From positions 352,001 to 416,000 of the forward strand of contig CAWBWI010000001.1 in NCBI GenBank assembly GCA_963792585.1: 64,000 bases of DNA, in the 5' to 3' direction. The DNA is from Candidatus Eiseniibacteriota bacterium. Lineage in GTDB: Bacteria; Eisenbacteria; RBG-16-71-46; CAIMUX01; VGJL01. This document shows, one piece after another, positions 63,649 to 64,000 of this stretch (position 1 is the stretch's first letter; each line of letters opens with the position of its first letter). The position numbers and the translations under genes are program-made. The notes beneath the pieces are model-generated. The model did not search any database, was not told the origin of the DNA, and saw nothing but the letters and a program-made list of their open reading frames with translations.

Positions 63649-64000
63649 CCGCGTCGTCTGCGTACCGTCGGTCGATCTGCGCGCGCGGCCCGACCACGGA
63701 GCGGAGTGCGTGAGCGAGAGCCCGATGGGCTCCCGCCTGGTCCTGCAGGGTCAGCGGGAGAACTTCCGGTGGTTACGCGTGTGCGCCCCGGACGGATACA
63801 TCGCCTGGACCCTCCGCTGGGGGACCTCTGATCCCCACCCGCGGTACGAAGCCGGCCGCGGGGTGTTCGTCACAGTCCCGCACGCGCTGCTCCGCGCCAC
63901 GCCCGCGAAGGAGGCCCCGCCGGTGACCCCTCTCTGGATGGGTTGCGGCCTGAGCCTCACGGGGCGCAAGCGGGGTCGCTCGCGTGAGGCCGTCACACCG
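63638..64000 (+). CDS. SH3-containing protein, probably N-terminus of an NlpC/P60 (C40) peptidase; partial
   Basis: Manual translation from GTG 63638: VPSVDLRARPDHGAECVSESPMG..WLRVCAPDGYIAW; open to the window edge. Confidence 0.6.
   Translation, partial: MPVSRVVCVPSVDLRARPDHGAECVSESPMGSRLVLQGQRENFRWLRVCAPDGYIAWTLRWGTSDPHPRYEAGRGVFVTVPHALLRATPAKEAPPVTPLWMGCGLSLTGRKRGRSREAVTP

Overview
High-GC bacterial chromosomal window with no mobile elements, prophage or CRISPR array seen. Several secreted proteins carry a FlgD-Ig-like C-terminal domain, and GWxTD and DUF1573 proteins are present, which suggests an FCB-related candidate lineage such as Ca. Eisenbacteria (inference). From left to right: a partial S8 protease, a beta-barrel OMP and an FN3/HmuY-like lipoprotein; icd and an acyl-CoA dehydrogenase; an rpsU-mutS2-dnaG-rpoD operon followed by tRNA-Ile2(CAT), tRNA-Val(CAC), a Zn-ribbon gene and rnpB; a closely spaced, mostly translationally coupled envelope cluster (GT-C glycosyltransferase, peptidase/PD40/Omp85, BamB-like, PEGA, beta-propeller lipoprotein) ending in a class IV aminotransferase and ltaE; a DUF1573-rhodanese-MauE module; MBL-AAA-VWA; two more S8 proteases; an ABC-F ATPase; a large divergent nucleoside salvage/uptake cluster; a catalytically degenerate stand-alone Clp-D2 protein with a histone-like tail; pfkA, GWxTD and a partial SH3/NlpC-P60 gene. 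Two zones (about 12560-13270 and 37540-40350) hold dense single-base indels that break rpoD, one S8 protease and the ABC-F gene; these are most likely sequencing/assembly errors. The best candidates for undescribed biology are the Omp85 envelope operon, the Clp-D2 pseudo-ATPase and the salvage supercluster with its lipoprotein EEP enzyme. All calls come from motif recognition only; no searches were run.
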